A stretch of DNA of 64,000 bases from Thermoanaerobaculia bacterium (GCA_963666565.1 OY762911.1:384001-448000); one strand, 5' to 3'; positions 1-10,435 are shown, counted from the stretch's first letter. Notes: generated from the letters alone by a model not told the origin. Numbers and translations are program-made.

Positions 1-863
1 AGATCCTGGCGAGGACGGAGCGGATGGCGGTCGGCCCGATGGTGACGAACCCCGGCACGCGCGACACGACGGTGCTGGCGTCGCTGTTCGCGACGCTCGA
101 CTCGATGTACCCCGGCCGGACGAAGTGCGCGATGGGCCGGGGCGACTCGGCGCTGCGTTACATCGGGCGCAAGCCGGAGTCGCTGGCGGCCTCGGTGGCG
201 GCGATGGACCTCATCCGCAACCTGTTCGCGGGCCGGGAGGCGGATTGCCACGGAACAGCGGTGCGGATCCCCTGGCGCGAGGAGGGCGGCGCGGAACTGC
301 CGGTGTGGTTCGCGGCCTACGGCCCGAAGGCGCTGGACACCGTGGGCCGCCACGCCGACGGCTTCGTCCTGCAACTGGCGGACCCGAAGATCCTCGAGTG
401 GACGCTGGCGGCGGTGCGCGATGCCGCCGAAGACGAGGGCCGCGACCCGGACGCCATCTCGGTCTGCGTGGTCGCCCCGGCCTACGTCGGCGACGACCTG
501 CCGCACCAGCGCGACCAATTGCGCTGGTTCGGCGGCATGGTCGGCAACCACATCCACGACCTGGTCATACGCTACGGCGAGGACGACTCGAAGGTGCCGC
601 ACGTGCTGGCCGAGTACATCCGCCAGCGGCAGGGGTACGACTACTCCCACCACGGCCGCAGCGGCAACCCGGACACCGAGTTCGTGCCGGACGGCATCGT
701 CGACCGGCTGTGCGTGCTCGGGCCGGCGGAGGCGCACATCGAGAAGCTGCGGGAGCTGAGGTCCCTGGGGGTCGATCACTTCGCCGTGTACCTGATGCAC
801 GACGACAAGGAAGGGACGCTCGCGGCGTACGGGGAGACGGTGATTCCGGCGTTGCGGGGCTGA
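1..863 (+). CDS. LLM-class (luciferase-like) probably F420-dependent oxidoreductase, TIGR03842-like; 5' end outside the window
   Basis: VGPMVTNPGTRD, GRGDSA, AAYGPKAL..GRHADGF.LQLAD and WFGGMVGNH motifs; the frame is open back to the window start. Confidence 0.8.
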   Translation, partial: ILARTERMAVGPMVTNPGTRDTTVLASLFATLDSMYPGRTKCAMGRGDSALRYIGRKPESLAASVAAMDLIRNLFAGREADCHGTAVRIPWREEGGAELPVWFAAYGPKALDTVGRHADGFVLQLADPKILEWTLAAVRDAAEDEGRDPDAISVCVVAPAYVGDDLPHQRDQLRWFGGMVGNHIHDLVIRYGEDDSKVPHVLAEYIRQRQGYDYSHHGRSGNPDTEFVPDGIVDRLCVLGPAEAHIEKLRELRSLGVDHFAVYLMHDDKEGTLAAYGETVIPALRG

Positions 864-883
864 TCCCGCTGGGTGCGCGGATC

Positions 884-1041
884 GGTGCGGCGGGTGTCGG
901 TGCGCGGGTCTTCTGACCCGCCCGCGGGCGAGCCGCGGAGCGGCGCAGCCCGGACAACAGGGCCGCCGGCCGGCGACGATTCTCTCGGCCGGCTACGCCG
1001 GCAGCGGGTCGGAAGACCCGCGCACCGACACCCGCCGCACC
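884..1041. repeat. REPIN-like doublet: two inverted REP-like copies within 38-bp terminal inverted repeats, between convergent genes
   Basis: 884-921 GGTGCGGCGGGTGTCGGTGCGCGGGTCTTCTGACCCGC is the reverse complement of 1004-1041 with one mismatch. Confidence 0.85.
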
Positions 1042-1048
1042 CAGCCTT

Positions 1049-3775
1049 CTATGCCTTCGCTTCGTACCAGTCGGTGCCGGAGTCGATGTCGACGACCAGG
1101 GGAACGCTGAGGTCTGCGACTCCCTCCATTTCTTCGCGCACCAGGGACATCAGCGCCTCGATGTCCGCGGCGGGCGCTTCAAGCACGAGTTCGTCGTGGA
1201 CGGTCAGGAGCAGCCGCGCCGCCCCGAGTTCCGCCCGCAGCCGCCAGTCGACGGCGATCATCGCCAGCTTGAGCAGGTCGGCGGCGGTGCCCTGGATGCG
1301 GGCGTTGACGGCCATCCGGCGGGCGTTCTCGCGCACCGCCCGGTTGCGGCTCTTGAGGTCGGGGATGTAGCGAACGCGGCCGTACAGCGTCTCGACCTGG
1401 AGCGTCTCCTCCGCGCTGGACAGGGTCCGCTCGGTGTAATCGCGCACCCCGGGGAAGCGCTCGAAGTAGGCGTCGATGAACGCCTGCGCCTCGCCGCGGG
1501 CGATGCCCAGCGCGCGGGCCAGACCGAAAGCGCTCATGCCGTAGATGATCCCGAAGTTGATCGTCTTGGACGCCCGCCGCTGCTCGTCGGTGACCAGGGC
1601 GGGCGCCACGCCGAACACGGTCGCCGCGGTCGAGCGGTGGATGTCGCCGCCGTGCCGGAAGATGTCGATGAGCGCCTCGTCCTCCGAGATGTGGGCGAGC
1701 ACGCGGAGCTCGATCTGGCTGTAGTCGGCGACCAGCAGCCGGTAGCCGTCGCGGGCGCGGAAGGCGCGGCGGATCCGCCGCCCGACCTCGGTGCGGATCG
1801 GGATGTTCTGCAGGTTCGGGTCGTGCGAGGACAGGCGGCCGGTGGCCGCCACCGCCTGGTGGTAACGGGTGTGCAGGCGGCCGTCGGCGGCCACCAGGCC
1901 CGGCAGCGCATCCACGTAGGTCGACCTGAGCTTCGTCAGCTCCCGGTACTGGAGCACCTTGGCCGGCGCGTCGTGACCCTGCCGGGCGAGATGTTCCAGC
2001 ACGTCGGCGCCGGTCTTGTACTTCTTCGTCTTGCGCGTTCGGCCGGGCGCGGGCAGGCCCATGTGCTCGAACAGGACGACGCCCAACTGCTGCGGCGACA
2101 GGATGTTGAACTCCTCGCCGGCAAGCTGGAAGATCTCCTCAGCGAGGGCGCCGGCGTCCCGCTGCAGCCGCCGCGACATCTCGGCGAGCACGCCGGCGTC
2201 GAGTTCGATGCCCTCTTCCTCCATCGCCGCCAGCACCGGCAGCAGCGGCGCCTCGATCTGGCCGTAGACCTTGCGCGCCCCCGGCGACTCGCTCCACTGG
2301 TCGGCGAGCGCCTCGAAGATCAGCGCCGGCAGCACCGCCTGCTCGGCGGCGTAGAGCCGCAGCCCGGCGTCGTCGCCCAGAGCCGCCGCCTGGCCGCCGG
2401 GTTCGCCCAGCCCGGCGTCCGCCGGCGTCGTCGCCTGGTAGAACAACCGGTCGAGCGCGACGGTCGCCAGCCCGAAGCTGCGCACGGCGGAGTGGACCAG
2501 GTAGGCCATCAGCATCGTGTCCACCAGGCGAGCGGCGACCTCCGGCCGGCCCTCGCGGTGCGGGCAGAGCCGGACGACTTCCTTGAGGTCGTGGCCGACC
2601 AGCTCCACGCCCGGGTCGGCAAGCCAGGCCCGCAGCGTCGCCGCCGCCGCCTCGCGCATGCCCGGCGTCCGGAAGTCAGCGAAGCGCGCCTGGCCGATTT
2701 TCGCTTCGCCAGCCGCCGTCTCGTCGCCGGATGCGCCCCCCGAGTCGCGGTCCGCGGCAGCCGCCGCGCCGTCGAGCGGCGCGAACGACAGCCCCACCGG
2801 TTCGCCGCCGCGCCGGAAGACGACGCCGACGGCGATCCGGGATCCCATCTCGTTGGCCGCCGCCTCGAACGCCTCGACGGACTCCAGGACGGCGGCGGGC
2901 TCGATCTCCGGGCCGCCGCTCTCGCTTTCGAGTTCCTTCAGCAGGCTCCAGAACTCGAACTCGCGGCACAGATCGGCCAGCGCCTCGTAGTCCGGGGATT
3001 CCATCTTCAGCGCCTCGGGCTCGAACGGGACGTCGAGGTCCGTGTGGATCGTGACCAGGTCCCTGGACAGCAGCGCCTGGTCGGCGTGATCCCGCAGCCC
3101 CTCGCGATAGGCCTTGCGCTTGAGTTCGGGCGCGGCGTCCAGCAGCGCCTGGAGGTTGCCGTACTCCCTGACCAGGGTCTGCGCGCCCTTCTGGCCGATT
3201 CCGGGCACGCCCGGCACGTTGTCCACCTTGTCGCCGACCAGGGCGAGCACGTCGACCACCTGGCCCGGCGGCACGCCGAAGTCCTGCTCGACCAGCGCCG
3301 GGTCGTAGGTCTTCTCGCGCCCGGTGTGAAGCAGCGAGACGCGATCGCTCACCAACTGGAACAGGTCCTTGTCCGCGCTGACGATCGTCACCTCGTAGCT
3401 GGCCTCCTCGGCCTTCCGCCCCAGCGTGCCGATGACGTCGTCCGCCTCGTAGCGTTCCAGTTCGAGGATCGGGATGCGGAAGGCCTCGATCGCGCGGCGG
3501 ATCGCCGGCATCTGCGCCCGCAGATCCTCCGGCATCGGCGCCCGGTTCGCCTTGTACTCGGCGTACGCCTCGGTGCGCACCGTGGCCCGGCCGACGTCGA
3601 GGGCGATGCCGAGCAGCGGCGGCTCCTCCTCGCGCAGCAGCTTGCGCAGCATGTTGATGAAGCCGTAGATCGCGTTCGTCGGCTCTCCCGTCGACGTCGA
3701 GAGGCCGCGGATCGCGTAGAAGGCGCGGAAGATCGTCGAGTAGCCGTCGATCAGGTAGAGGCGCTTCGCGGTCAC
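1049..3775 (-). CDS. polA: DNA polymerase I
   Basis: 5'-3' exonuclease N-terminus (RLYLIDGYS, YKANR, EADDVIGTL, GDKVDNVPGVPGIG); polymerase motifs ATGRLSS, DYSQIELR, KTINFGIIYG and VHDEL; start re-picked at GTG 3775. Confidence 0.97.
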   Translation of the reverse strand: MTAKRLYLIDGYSTIFRAFYAIRGLSTSTGEPTNAIYGFINMLRKLLREEEPPLLGIALDVGRATVRTEAYAEYKANRAPMPEDLRAQMPAIRRAIEAFRIPILELERYEADDVIGTLGRKAEEASYEVTIVSADKDLFQLVSDRVSLLHTGREKTYDPALVEQDFGVPPGQVVDVLALVGDKVDNVPGVPGIGQKGAQTLVREYGNLQALLDAAPELKRKAYREGLRDHADQALLSRDLVTIHTDLDVPFEPEALKMESPDYEALADLCREFEFWSLLKELESESGGPEIEPAAVLESVEAFEAAANEMGSRIAVGVVFRRGGEPVGLSFAPLDGAAAAADRDSGGASGDETAAGEAKIGQARFADFRTPGMREAAAATLRAWLADPGVELVGHDLKEVVRLCPHREGRPEVAARLVDTMLMAYLVHSAVRSFGLATVALDRLFYQATTPADAGLGEPGGQAAALGDDAGLRLYAAEQAVLPALIFEALADQWSESPGARKVYGQIEAPLLPVLAAMEEEGIELDAGVLAEMSRRLQRDAGALAEEIFQLAGEEFNILSPQQLGVVLFEHMGLPAPGRTRKTKKYKTGADVLEHLARQGHDAPAKVLQYRELTKLRSTYVDALPGLVAADGRLHTRYHQAVAATGRLSSHDPNLQNIPIRTEVGRRIRRAFRARDGYRLLVADYSQIELRVLAHISEDEALIDIFRHGGDIHRSTAATVFGVAPALVTDEQRRASKTINFGIIYGMSAFGLARALGIARGEAQAFIDAYFERFPGVRDYTERTLSSAEETLQVETLYGRVRYIPDLKSRNRAVRENARRMAVNARIQGTAADLLKLAMIAVDWRLRAELGAARLLLTVHDELVLEAPAADIEALMSLVREEMEGVADLSVPLVVDIDSGTDWYEAKA

Positions 3776-3808
3776 GGCGGCGACTACTCTAGAGTGTCGA
3801 GTCGAGTC

Positions 3809-6800
3809 ATGCCTCGAAACCTCCCCGCCCTTCTTCTTCTCGCCGCGTTCGCCCCGGCTGCGGCGCTCGCGCAGCCGACCGAGGAGCAGGTGCGGCTCCA
3901 CGGCATCGGCTACGCGCAGCTTGAGAACGAACGGGAAGTCGAAGCCGAGGGCACGTACCGGGAACTCGTCGACCTCATGCCCGACGAGCCGCTCGGTCAC
4001 GCCAACCTGGCCGTCGCGCTGCTGCGGCAGGACCGGAAGGACGAGGCGCTCGCCGCCATCGAACGCGCTCTGGAACTGGGCGGCGCCCGTGCCGATCTGC
4101 TGCTGATCCGCGCCGACATCCTGCAGTGGACGAGCCGCAACGAGGAGGCGTTGGCGGACTACCGCCGGGCCGCCCGCGCCGCGCCCGACGATCCCGAAAC
4201 GCAGTACGCCCTGTTCCGGCACACCGAGATCATGAGCGGACCGGAGGCCGAAGCCGACCGGCGGACCGCGGTCGACCGGCTGCGGCGCCTGCGGCCCGAC
4301 AACCTCGTCGTCCTGCTGCTGAGCGGAGAGGCCGCCCTCGCGGACGGCGACCGCGGCAGCGCGAGCGACGACTACCTCCGCGTGCGGGAGCTGATCTGGC
4401 AGGCCCAGCCGGTCGCCGAACGGGTGGTCGAGGAGGTCCTCGACGCACTGGAAGCGGACGACCCGGATCGCGCCCGCAGCCCCGCCCGCAGAGTCACGAA
4501 CGTCATGAAGGGGACCTCCGCCTGGACCAGCAGCCTGGCCGAGGTCTATACGAACATCCAGGGCATTCCCGTCGAGCGCTTCGAGGACGAGTCGCCGATC
4601 GAGGACTTCGGGCTGGCGCTGCCGGTCCGTTTCCGGGCTACCCGCATCGACAACGCGCCCGCCGCGGGGCGAGCGCTCGAGGTAGCGGACTTCGACGGCG
4701 ACGGCCGGCCCGACATTGCATGGGGGGTCGCCGGGGAGGGCGCGGAGCCTCCAGTTGCGCGGGTCGCAGCCGGCCAGCGGGAAGACGCGCCGGACCCGAA
4801 CGAGGACGCGGACCCGTCATCGGGCGCGCGGCTCGAGTTGCGGCGCGCCTCCACCGGCCTCGCCGCGCCGGGCGACGCCCCGGAAACGAACGCCCGGCTG
4901 CTGGTCGCCGGCGACGCCGACAACGACCGGCGCCTCGACCTGGTCGCCGTCGGCGATCCCCTCGCCGTCTGGCAGATCGATGCCGCCGCCGAAATCCCCC
5001 GGTTCGCCGACGCGAGCGACCGCTTCCTGACGCAGCCGTTCGCCGCCTCCGCGGCCGACCTGATCGACTTCGACAGCGACGGCGATCTCGATCTCGCGGT
5101 GGTGCGGACCGGCGGCGGGCCCGATCTGCTGCGGAACGTCTCCGGCGAGGGGGTGTTCGAGGGTCCGCTCGAGGCCATGGGCCGGGAGTCGCTGCCCGAG
5201 CTCGAAGCGCGGCCCTACCATCACCTCCAGGCCACCGACGCCGACCGCGACGGCGACACGGACCTGCTGCTGGCCCACGACGCCGGCGTCCTGTGGCTGG
5301 ACAACCTGCGCCAGGGACGGTTCGGCGAGAGAACGCCTCCCGCGTCCGGCGGCAACCTCCTGGGCCGGCTCGTGGGACGGCTGCTCGGAGACGACGCCGA
5401 GTCCGCGCTCGCGACCGGGACCCCGGTGCGCGTGGTCCGCACCGCCGACCTCGACCGCGACGGGATGCCCGAGTTCGTAATGGCCGGCGACTCCACGGTC
5501 GTGCTGAGGGCCGACGAGGACGGTGCGCTCGCCCCCTTCCCGCTGACGCCGGAGTCGGTCGGCCTTCCCGCCGGCGCGACCGACCTGGCCCTGCTCGACG
5601 CGGACAACGACGGCCGGCGGGACCTCGCCTTCGTCGCCGGCGGCGAGATCCGGGTGCTGACCCAGACCTCGGAGTCGGGGCCCGAGGCGCTCGAGTTCCG
5701 GCTCGCCCGGCTCAGCGGCCTGCCGCGGGACGCCGGCTTCACCGCGGTGCGGGCCGACGATCTCGACGACGACGGAGACCAGGACCTGGTGGCGGCGGGC
5801 GCCTCCGGCCTCTACCGGATCGAGAACCTGGACGGTTCCGAGAACAACTGGCTGCGGGTGCGCCTGGTCGGCCTCGACATCGGCAACCAGAAGAACAACG
5901 TCTTCGGCCGCGGCACGACGATCGAGGTCAAGTCGGAGCGCGCGTACCAGTACATCGAGGTCGACCGGCCGGTGACCCACATCGGGCTCGGCAACCGGCG
6001 GCGGCCCGATCTGGTCCGCGTCGTTTGGGCCAACGGCGTTCCGCAGAACCGGCTCAATCCGGGCCGGAACCAGACGATCGTCGAGGAGCAGGTGCTCAAG
6101 GGAAGCTGCCCCTTCCTCTACGCCTGGGACGGCGAGAAGATCGCGTTCGTCACCGACCTGCTGTGGGGCGCTCCGCTCGGCATGCCGCTGGCCGACGGGG
6201 TCTGGAACGGCTACGACCCGGACGAACTGGTGCGGGTCGACGGCGCCCGGACCCGCGACGGCTTCTACGACCTGCGGATCACCGAGGAGCTGTGGGAAGC
6301 CGCCTACATCGACCGGGTGCGGCTGTGGGTGGTCGACCACCCGCGGGACGTGGAAGTGGCGAGCAACCTGCGGATCGTCCCGGGCCGGGGACACGTCGGC
6401 CGTCCGCCCGACGACGTCGTCTCCAGTGCCGCCGTCCGCCCCGTCGTCCACGCCGCAGACGGCCGCGGCCGCGACGTGACGGAGCGGGTCCGCGCCCGCG
6501 ACGAGGTCTACGCAGACGGCTACGAGCGCTCGCGCTTCCAGGGCCACGCCGCCGAGCCCTGGACCTTCACCTTCGATCTCGGCGAGGCGCCCGAAGCGCC
6601 CGTCAGGCTCTGGCTCGACGGCTGGGTGTTCCCGGCCGACGCCAGCCTGAATCTCGCCATCGCCCAGGCGGTGGAGCACGGCGGCCTGGAAATGGTCATG
6701 ACGCGGCTCGAGGTCGAGACGGCCGACGGCTGGCGGACGCTGCTCGACCCGATGGGCTTCCCGCCCGGCAAGACGAAGATGATGGTCGTCGACACGCCGC

Positions 6801-7516
6801 CGCTGCCCGCGGGCGCCCGGAGGCTGCGGATCGTGACGACCCGCTGGCTGCACTGGGACCGGGTCGCCTGGAGCACGGACCTGGGCGGCGCGGACGGAAC
6901 GGGCAGCGCGAGCGGCGCGAGCGGCGAAGGCCGCGTGGCTAGCACAGGCGGAGCGGGTAGCACGGCCGGCACGAGCGACAGGAGCGCCGCCGACGCGGGC
7001 GCCGTCGTGCAGGCGCGGCTGGACGCGGCGAGCGCGGACCTCTCGTACCGCGGATTCTCGGCGCCGACCCGGCCGGCCCCGAACGGTCCGCACCTGTTCG
7101 ACTACCAGCGCACCGGCACGGAATCTCCCTGGCTGCCCTTCCCCGGCCGCTACACCCGCTTCGGCGACGTTCGCGAACTGCTGACCGACATCGACGACCG
7201 CCAGGTCGTGATCGGCCCGGGCGACGAGATCCGCGTCCTGTTCGACGCCCGCGAGCTGCCGCCGCCCGCGCCCGGTCACGTCCGCACCGTGTTTCTGGAG
7301 AGCTTCGGCTGGGACAAGGACGCCGACCGCAACACCTGGGAGGCCGACAGCAACCTGCCGCTGCCATTCCAGGCGATGTCCGGCTACCCGTTCGCGCCCG
7401 GCGAGACGTATCCGCGGACGCCGAAACTCGACGCCTACCGCGCCGAGTGGCTGACCCGCGTCGTCGGCCCCGCGACGCCGTTCAGCCCCGCCGCACTGGG
7501 TGCGCGGGTCTTCTGA
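3809..7516 (+). CDS. Exported TPR + FG-GAP repeat + ASPIC/UnbV (CRTAC1-family) protein with a large C-terminal domain
   Basis: Signal peptide MPRNLPALLLLAAFAPAAALA; TPR-like helices; many DxDxDGDxD repeats; NNWLRVRLVG..HIGLG..VVWANG; then GSCPFLYAWDG domain. Real start is ATG 3809 inside ORF 1196..7516. Confidence 0.85.
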   Translation: MPRNLPALLLLAAFAPAAALAQPTEEQVRLHGIGYAQLENEREVEAEGTYRELVDLMPDEPLGHANLAVALLRQDRKDEALAAIERALELGGARADLLLIRADILQWTSRNEEALADYRRAARAAPDDPETQYALFRHTEIMSGPEAEADRRTAVDRLRRLRPDNLVVLLLSGEAALADGDRGSASDDYLRVRELIWQAQPVAERVVEEVLDALEADDPDRARSPARRVTNVMKGTSAWTSSLAEVYTNIQGIPVERFEDESPIEDFGLALPVRFRATRIDNAPAAGRALEVADFDGDGRPDIAWGVAGEGAEPPVARVAAGQREDAPDPNEDADPSSGARLELRRASTGLAAPGDAPETNARLLVAGDADNDRRLDLVAVGDPLAVWQIDAAAEIPRFADASDRFLTQPFAASAADLIDFDSDGDLDLAVVRTGGGPDLLRNVSGEGVFEGPLEAMGRESLPELEARPYHHLQATDADRDGDTDLLLAHDAGVLWLDNLRQGRFGERTPPASGGNLLGRLVGRLLGDDAESALATGTPVRVVRTADLDRDGMPEFVMAGDSTVVLRADEDGALAPFPLTPESVGLPAGATDLALLDADNDGRRDLAFVAGGEIRVLTQTSESGPEALEFRLARLSGLPRDAGFTAVRADDLDDDGDQDLVAAGASGLYRIENLDGSENNWLRVRLVGLDIGNQKNNVFGRGTTIEVKSERAYQYIEVDRPVTHIGLGNRRRPDLVRVVWANGVPQNRLNPGRNQTIVEEQVLKGSCPFLYAWDGEKIAFVTDLLWGAPLGMPLADGVWNGYDPDELVRVDGARTRDGFYDLRITEELWEAAYIDRVRLWVVDHPRDVEVASNLRIVPGRGHVGRPPDDVVSSAAVRPVVHAADGRGRDVTERVRARDEVYADGYERSRFQGHAAEPWTFTFDLGEAPEAPVRLWLDGWVFPADASLNLAIAQAVEHGGLEMVMTRLEVETADGWRTLLDPMGFPPGKTKMMVVDTPPLPAGARRLRIVTTRWLHWDRVAWSTDLGGADGTGSASGASGEGRVASTGGAGSTAGTSDRSAADAGAVVQARLDAASADLSYRGFSAPTRPAPNGPHLFDYQRTGTESPWLPFPGRYTRFGDVRELLTDIDDRQVVIGPGDEIRVLFDARELPPPAPGHVRTVFLESFGWDKDADRNTWEADSNLPLPFQAMSGYPFAPGETYPRTPKLDAYRAEWLTRVVGPATPFSPAALGARVF

Positions 7517-7635
7517 CCCGCTCCCGCCGCACTGGGTGCGCGGGTCTTCCGACCCGCTCCCGCCGCACTGGGTGCGCGGGTCTTCTGACCCGCTCCCGCC
7601 GCAGGCGGCCAGACGAAACGCGCCGCGAAGCGGCG
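7487..7635 (+). repeat. Three tandem 36-bp REP-like units plus tail; the first unit supplies the stop codon of the upstream CDS
   Basis: CCCGCCGCACTGGGTGCGCGGGTCTTCYGACCCGCT at 7487, 7523 and 7559. Confidence 0.9.
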
Positions 7636-7732
7636 ACCGGTCTCGTCCGCGCCCAACCGACTCCGCTACGCTAGCCGCTGGCCGGCGACGCGATGCGCCG
7701 ACGCCAACCAGGAACACACCGGGAGAACAGAC

Positions 7733-9142
7733 GTGGCAAACGGCTCCAGCGGACGCGGCAGGTTCGGTCAACTCGGGTTCATCTTCGCCGCCGTCGGCTC
7801 GGCCATCGGCCTCGGCAACATCTGGAAGTTCCCGTACATCACGTACGCCAACGACGGCGGCTCCTTCGTCCTCGTCTACCTGCTCGCGATCGCCCTGATC
7901 GGCCTGCCGATCATGATGGCCGAGCTGGTCATCGGGCGGCGCACGCGGCAAAGCCCCGTCGGCGCGTTCCTGCGGGCCGCGAAGGACATCGCCGGCGGCC
8001 GCGCCTGGAGGGCGGTCGGCGCGCTCGGCGTCACCGGCAGCTTCATCCTGCTCTCGTACTACGCCCTGATCGCCGGCTGGACCGTCTACTACTTCGGCCA
8101 GTGCCTGAGCTGGTCCGTGCGAGGCTTCGACGTGGAGGGTCAGGCGCTGGGCGAGAGCTTCGGCGCGTTCCTCGCCAACGGGCCGCTCCAGATCGGTTTC
8201 CACGCGCTGTTCATGGCCGTCACGATCGGCGTCGTCGCGCTGGGGGTGCGCGAGGGCATCGAACGCGTCACCCGGCTCCTCATGCCGATACTCGGCGCGA
8301 TCCTGATCCTGCTCGTCGTCAACTCGTTCTGGAGCCCCGGCTTCGGCGAGGCGATGCGGTTCCTGTTCCACGTCGGGCCGATCACCGCCGACGGCCTGCT
8401 CGAGGCGGTCGGGCACGCCTTCTTCACCCTCTCCGTCGGCATGGGCGCGATGGTCACCTACGGCTCCTACATGAGTTCGCGGCAGTCGATCCCGAGGAGC
8501 GCCGTCACGATCAGTTTCCTCGACACGCTGATCGCGATCATGGCCTGCGTCGTGATGTTCTCCATCATCTTCAGCGTCGACGCCGCCGAGCGGGCGACCA
8601 CCTTCGGCAAGAGCGCCACGATCCTCTTCACGACGCTGCCGCGGATGTTCTACGAGATGCCGCTCGGCGTCGTCCTGGCGCCGATGTTCTACCTGCTCGT
8701 CGGCTTCGCGGCGCTGACGTCGACCATCTCCCTGCTCGAGACGGTGGCCTCCTACCTGATCGACCGCCGCGGCTTCAGCCGGCGGAGCGCCTGCCTCGTC
8801 ACCGGCGGCGCGATCTTCGCCTTCGGCATCCCCTCGGCGCTGTCGCTCGGCGCCAGCGGCGCGCTCTCGTCCTTCGCTCCGTACGGCGAGCGCACGGCTG
8901 GCTTCTTCGACACGATGGATTACACCGTCTCGAACTGGATCCTCCCGCTCGGCGGCCTGCTGATGGCCGTCTTCATCGGCTGGTTCCTGAGCAGCCGCGA
9001 GTCGCGCGCCGAACTCGGCGAGGGCCACGGCGACGTCAGCCGCTGGTTCTTCGTCTGGCGCGGCGTGCTGCTGCGGTTCGTGTGCCCGGTGGCGATCCTG
9101 TGGATCATCTGGGCCGTGATCGGAGGGCGGTCGTTCGCGTAG
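7733..9142 (+). CDS. Sodium-dependent transporter, NSS/SNF family
   Basis: AAVGSAIGLGNIWKFPY, GGSF.LVY and FFTLSVGMG.M.TYGSY; many TM segments. Confidence 0.95.
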   Translation: MANGSSGRGRFGQLGFIFAAVGSAIGLGNIWKFPYITYANDGGSFVLVYLLAIALIGLPIMMAELVIGRRTRQSPVGAFLRAAKDIAGGRAWRAVGALGVTGSFILLSYYALIAGWTVYYFGQCLSWSVRGFDVEGQALGESFGAFLANGPLQIGFHALFMAVTIGVVALGVREGIERVTRLLMPILGAILILLVVNSFWSPGFGEAMRFLFHVGPITADGLLEAVGHAFFTLSVGMGAMVTYGSYMSSRQSIPRSAVTISFLDTLIAIMACVVMFSIIFSVDAAERATTFGKSATILFTTLPRMFYEMPLGVVLAPMFYLLVGFAALTSTISLLETVASYLIDRRGFSRRSACLVTGGAIFAFGIPSALSLGASGALSSFAPYGERTAGFFDTMDYTVSNWILPLGGLLMAVFIGWFLSSRESRAELGEGHGDVSRWFFVWRGVLLRFVCPVAILWIIWAVIGGRSFA

Positions 9143-9169
9143 AAACCGCCGGCGCCAGCCCGCGGCCGG

Positions 9170-10111
9170 TCAACCTGCCGCTTCGCGGAAGCGCTCGAAC
9201 CGCCAGTCGAGAAACTCCCGGTCCGGACGATCCTCGGGCCGGACCGGGAGACGCAGCCGCGCACCGTCCAGTCCTTTCAGATTGTCGAGCAAGGGACCGT
9301 CGCGGCCATCGCGGACCGACCTCGCCACATGGATGCGGCAACTCGTATCCACGCCAATCAGGTTCGCGTCGAAGGCGGTGTGGTGGAGGGTCGACATGCA
9401 GATGCCGTTGGTCACGGTCGCCGGACCGTCGTCGGCGTCCGGCAGGATGTGCGCCCCCACCAGCAGGCGCGACAACGTCAGTCCGCTGAAGGCGCAGCGA
9501 TGGCCGTACGCCGACTTTGTCCGGCTGCTGAACCAGGCCTGGTGGTTGCGCTTCTTCGCGGCGACGAGCGAGTAGGACCGCTCCCGCAGCTCGTTGGAGG
9601 CGACGCCGGATTGCGCGGCCTCGATCGAGCTCATCGTCGGGTTGAGGGCGTCCGCGGCGGCCAGCAGAACGCGACCTGCATCGAACTCCAGATCCGCCAC
9701 CCAGACCGGCGCAAGGGGCTCGTAGACTGCCGGCGAATCGGCGACAAAGTAGATCAGGGGCGCGCCACGGTACCGGGCCTCATCGAGCGCCCGGTTCGTG
9801 GAATCGTCTCTGCCGCCGTGGGCGAGATCGTAGGCAAGCAGTCCCGTCCGATAGTCGGGCTCGCTCATCTGGTCCCGATACCAGATTCTCCGACCCGCCC
9901 GCGGCGCCACCGTCCGGATGCTGAGCGCCGCGCTCATCTGTCTCGGTTTGAAGATGCCGACGGCGCGGCCAGCGAAGTGGACCTTCTCGCCACCGAAGCG
10001 GAAGCCTTGGTCGATCACGCTCCAAGGCAACTTGGGGCCATGCGCGAAGCGGAGTCTGTCCAGTTCAGCAAACGCAGCCGCTCGAATCGCCGCGTCGGGA
10101 TCGGGGCGCAT
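9170..10111 (-). CDS. HNH endonuclease with an N-terminal SRA/PUA-like region; putative restriction/defence nuclease
   Basis: C-terminal YGHRCAFSG..GAHILPD..NGICMSTLHHTAFD (HNH_2-type); the N-terminal assignment is inference. Confidence 0.8.
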   Translation of the reverse strand: MRPDPDAAIRAAAFAELDRLRFAHGPKLPWSVIDQGFRFGGEKVHFAGRAVGIFKPRQMSAALSIRTVAPRAGRRIWYRDQMSEPDYRTGLLAYDLAHGGRDDSTNRALDEARYRGAPLIYFVADSPAVYEPLAPVWVADLEFDAGRVLLAAADALNPTMSSIEAAQSGVASNELRERSYSLVAAKKRNHQAWFSSRTKSAYGHRCAFSGLTLSRLLVGAHILPDADDGPATVTNGICMSTLHHTAFDANLIGVDTSCRIHVARSVRDGRDGPLLDNLKGLDGARLRLPVRPEDRPDREFLDWRFERFREAAG

Positions 10112-10126
10112 TGAACCGAGACCAGC

Positions 10127-10435
10127 CTAAAGCCCGGAAGAAGCGGTCGCCCGGAGCCTCGCCCGGTCACCGCGCTGGTCCCAGACGCGGAGAACCTCGA
10201 TCCGGTCATCGACGACGCGGTAGACGAAGGAGAACGGAGTCCGTGGAATCAACAACTCTCGAACACCCGGCAAGTCCATGACGGGCCGTCCCAAGGCCGG
10301 ATGATCTCGGAGCACTTCACGAGTACGAAGGTAGCGCTCGGCGGCGCGTGTTGCACCATCCGGAAACACTCGGGCGTAGTAGCGGCGCATCCACGCCAGG
10401 TCGGCGCGGGCCGACGGCAGGAAGACGAGTCTCAC
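10127..10435 (-). CDS. Type II TA toxin, RelE/ParE family
   Basis: MRLVFLPSARADL..HPALGR..GVREL..PFSFVYRV..IEVLRVW; 4-nt overlap with the antitoxin. Confidence 0.9.
   Translation of the reverse strand: MRLVFLPSARADLAWMRRYYARVFPDGATRAAERYLRTREVLRDHPALGRPVMDLPGVRELLIPRTPFSFVYRVVDDRIEVLRVWDQRGDRARLRATASSGL

Noticed and set aside
1196-3808. A 2106-aa giant ORF overlapping polA
   Set aside because: The 5' part is the antisense shadow of polA; the real gene starts at ATG 3809 with a signal peptide.
4817-9028. Long alternative-frame ORFs (also 16183-19059, 33997-37356, 34412-37429, 50767-54957)
   Set aside because: Stop-poor shadow frames typical of high-GC DNA, overlapping well-supported genes and lacking motifs.
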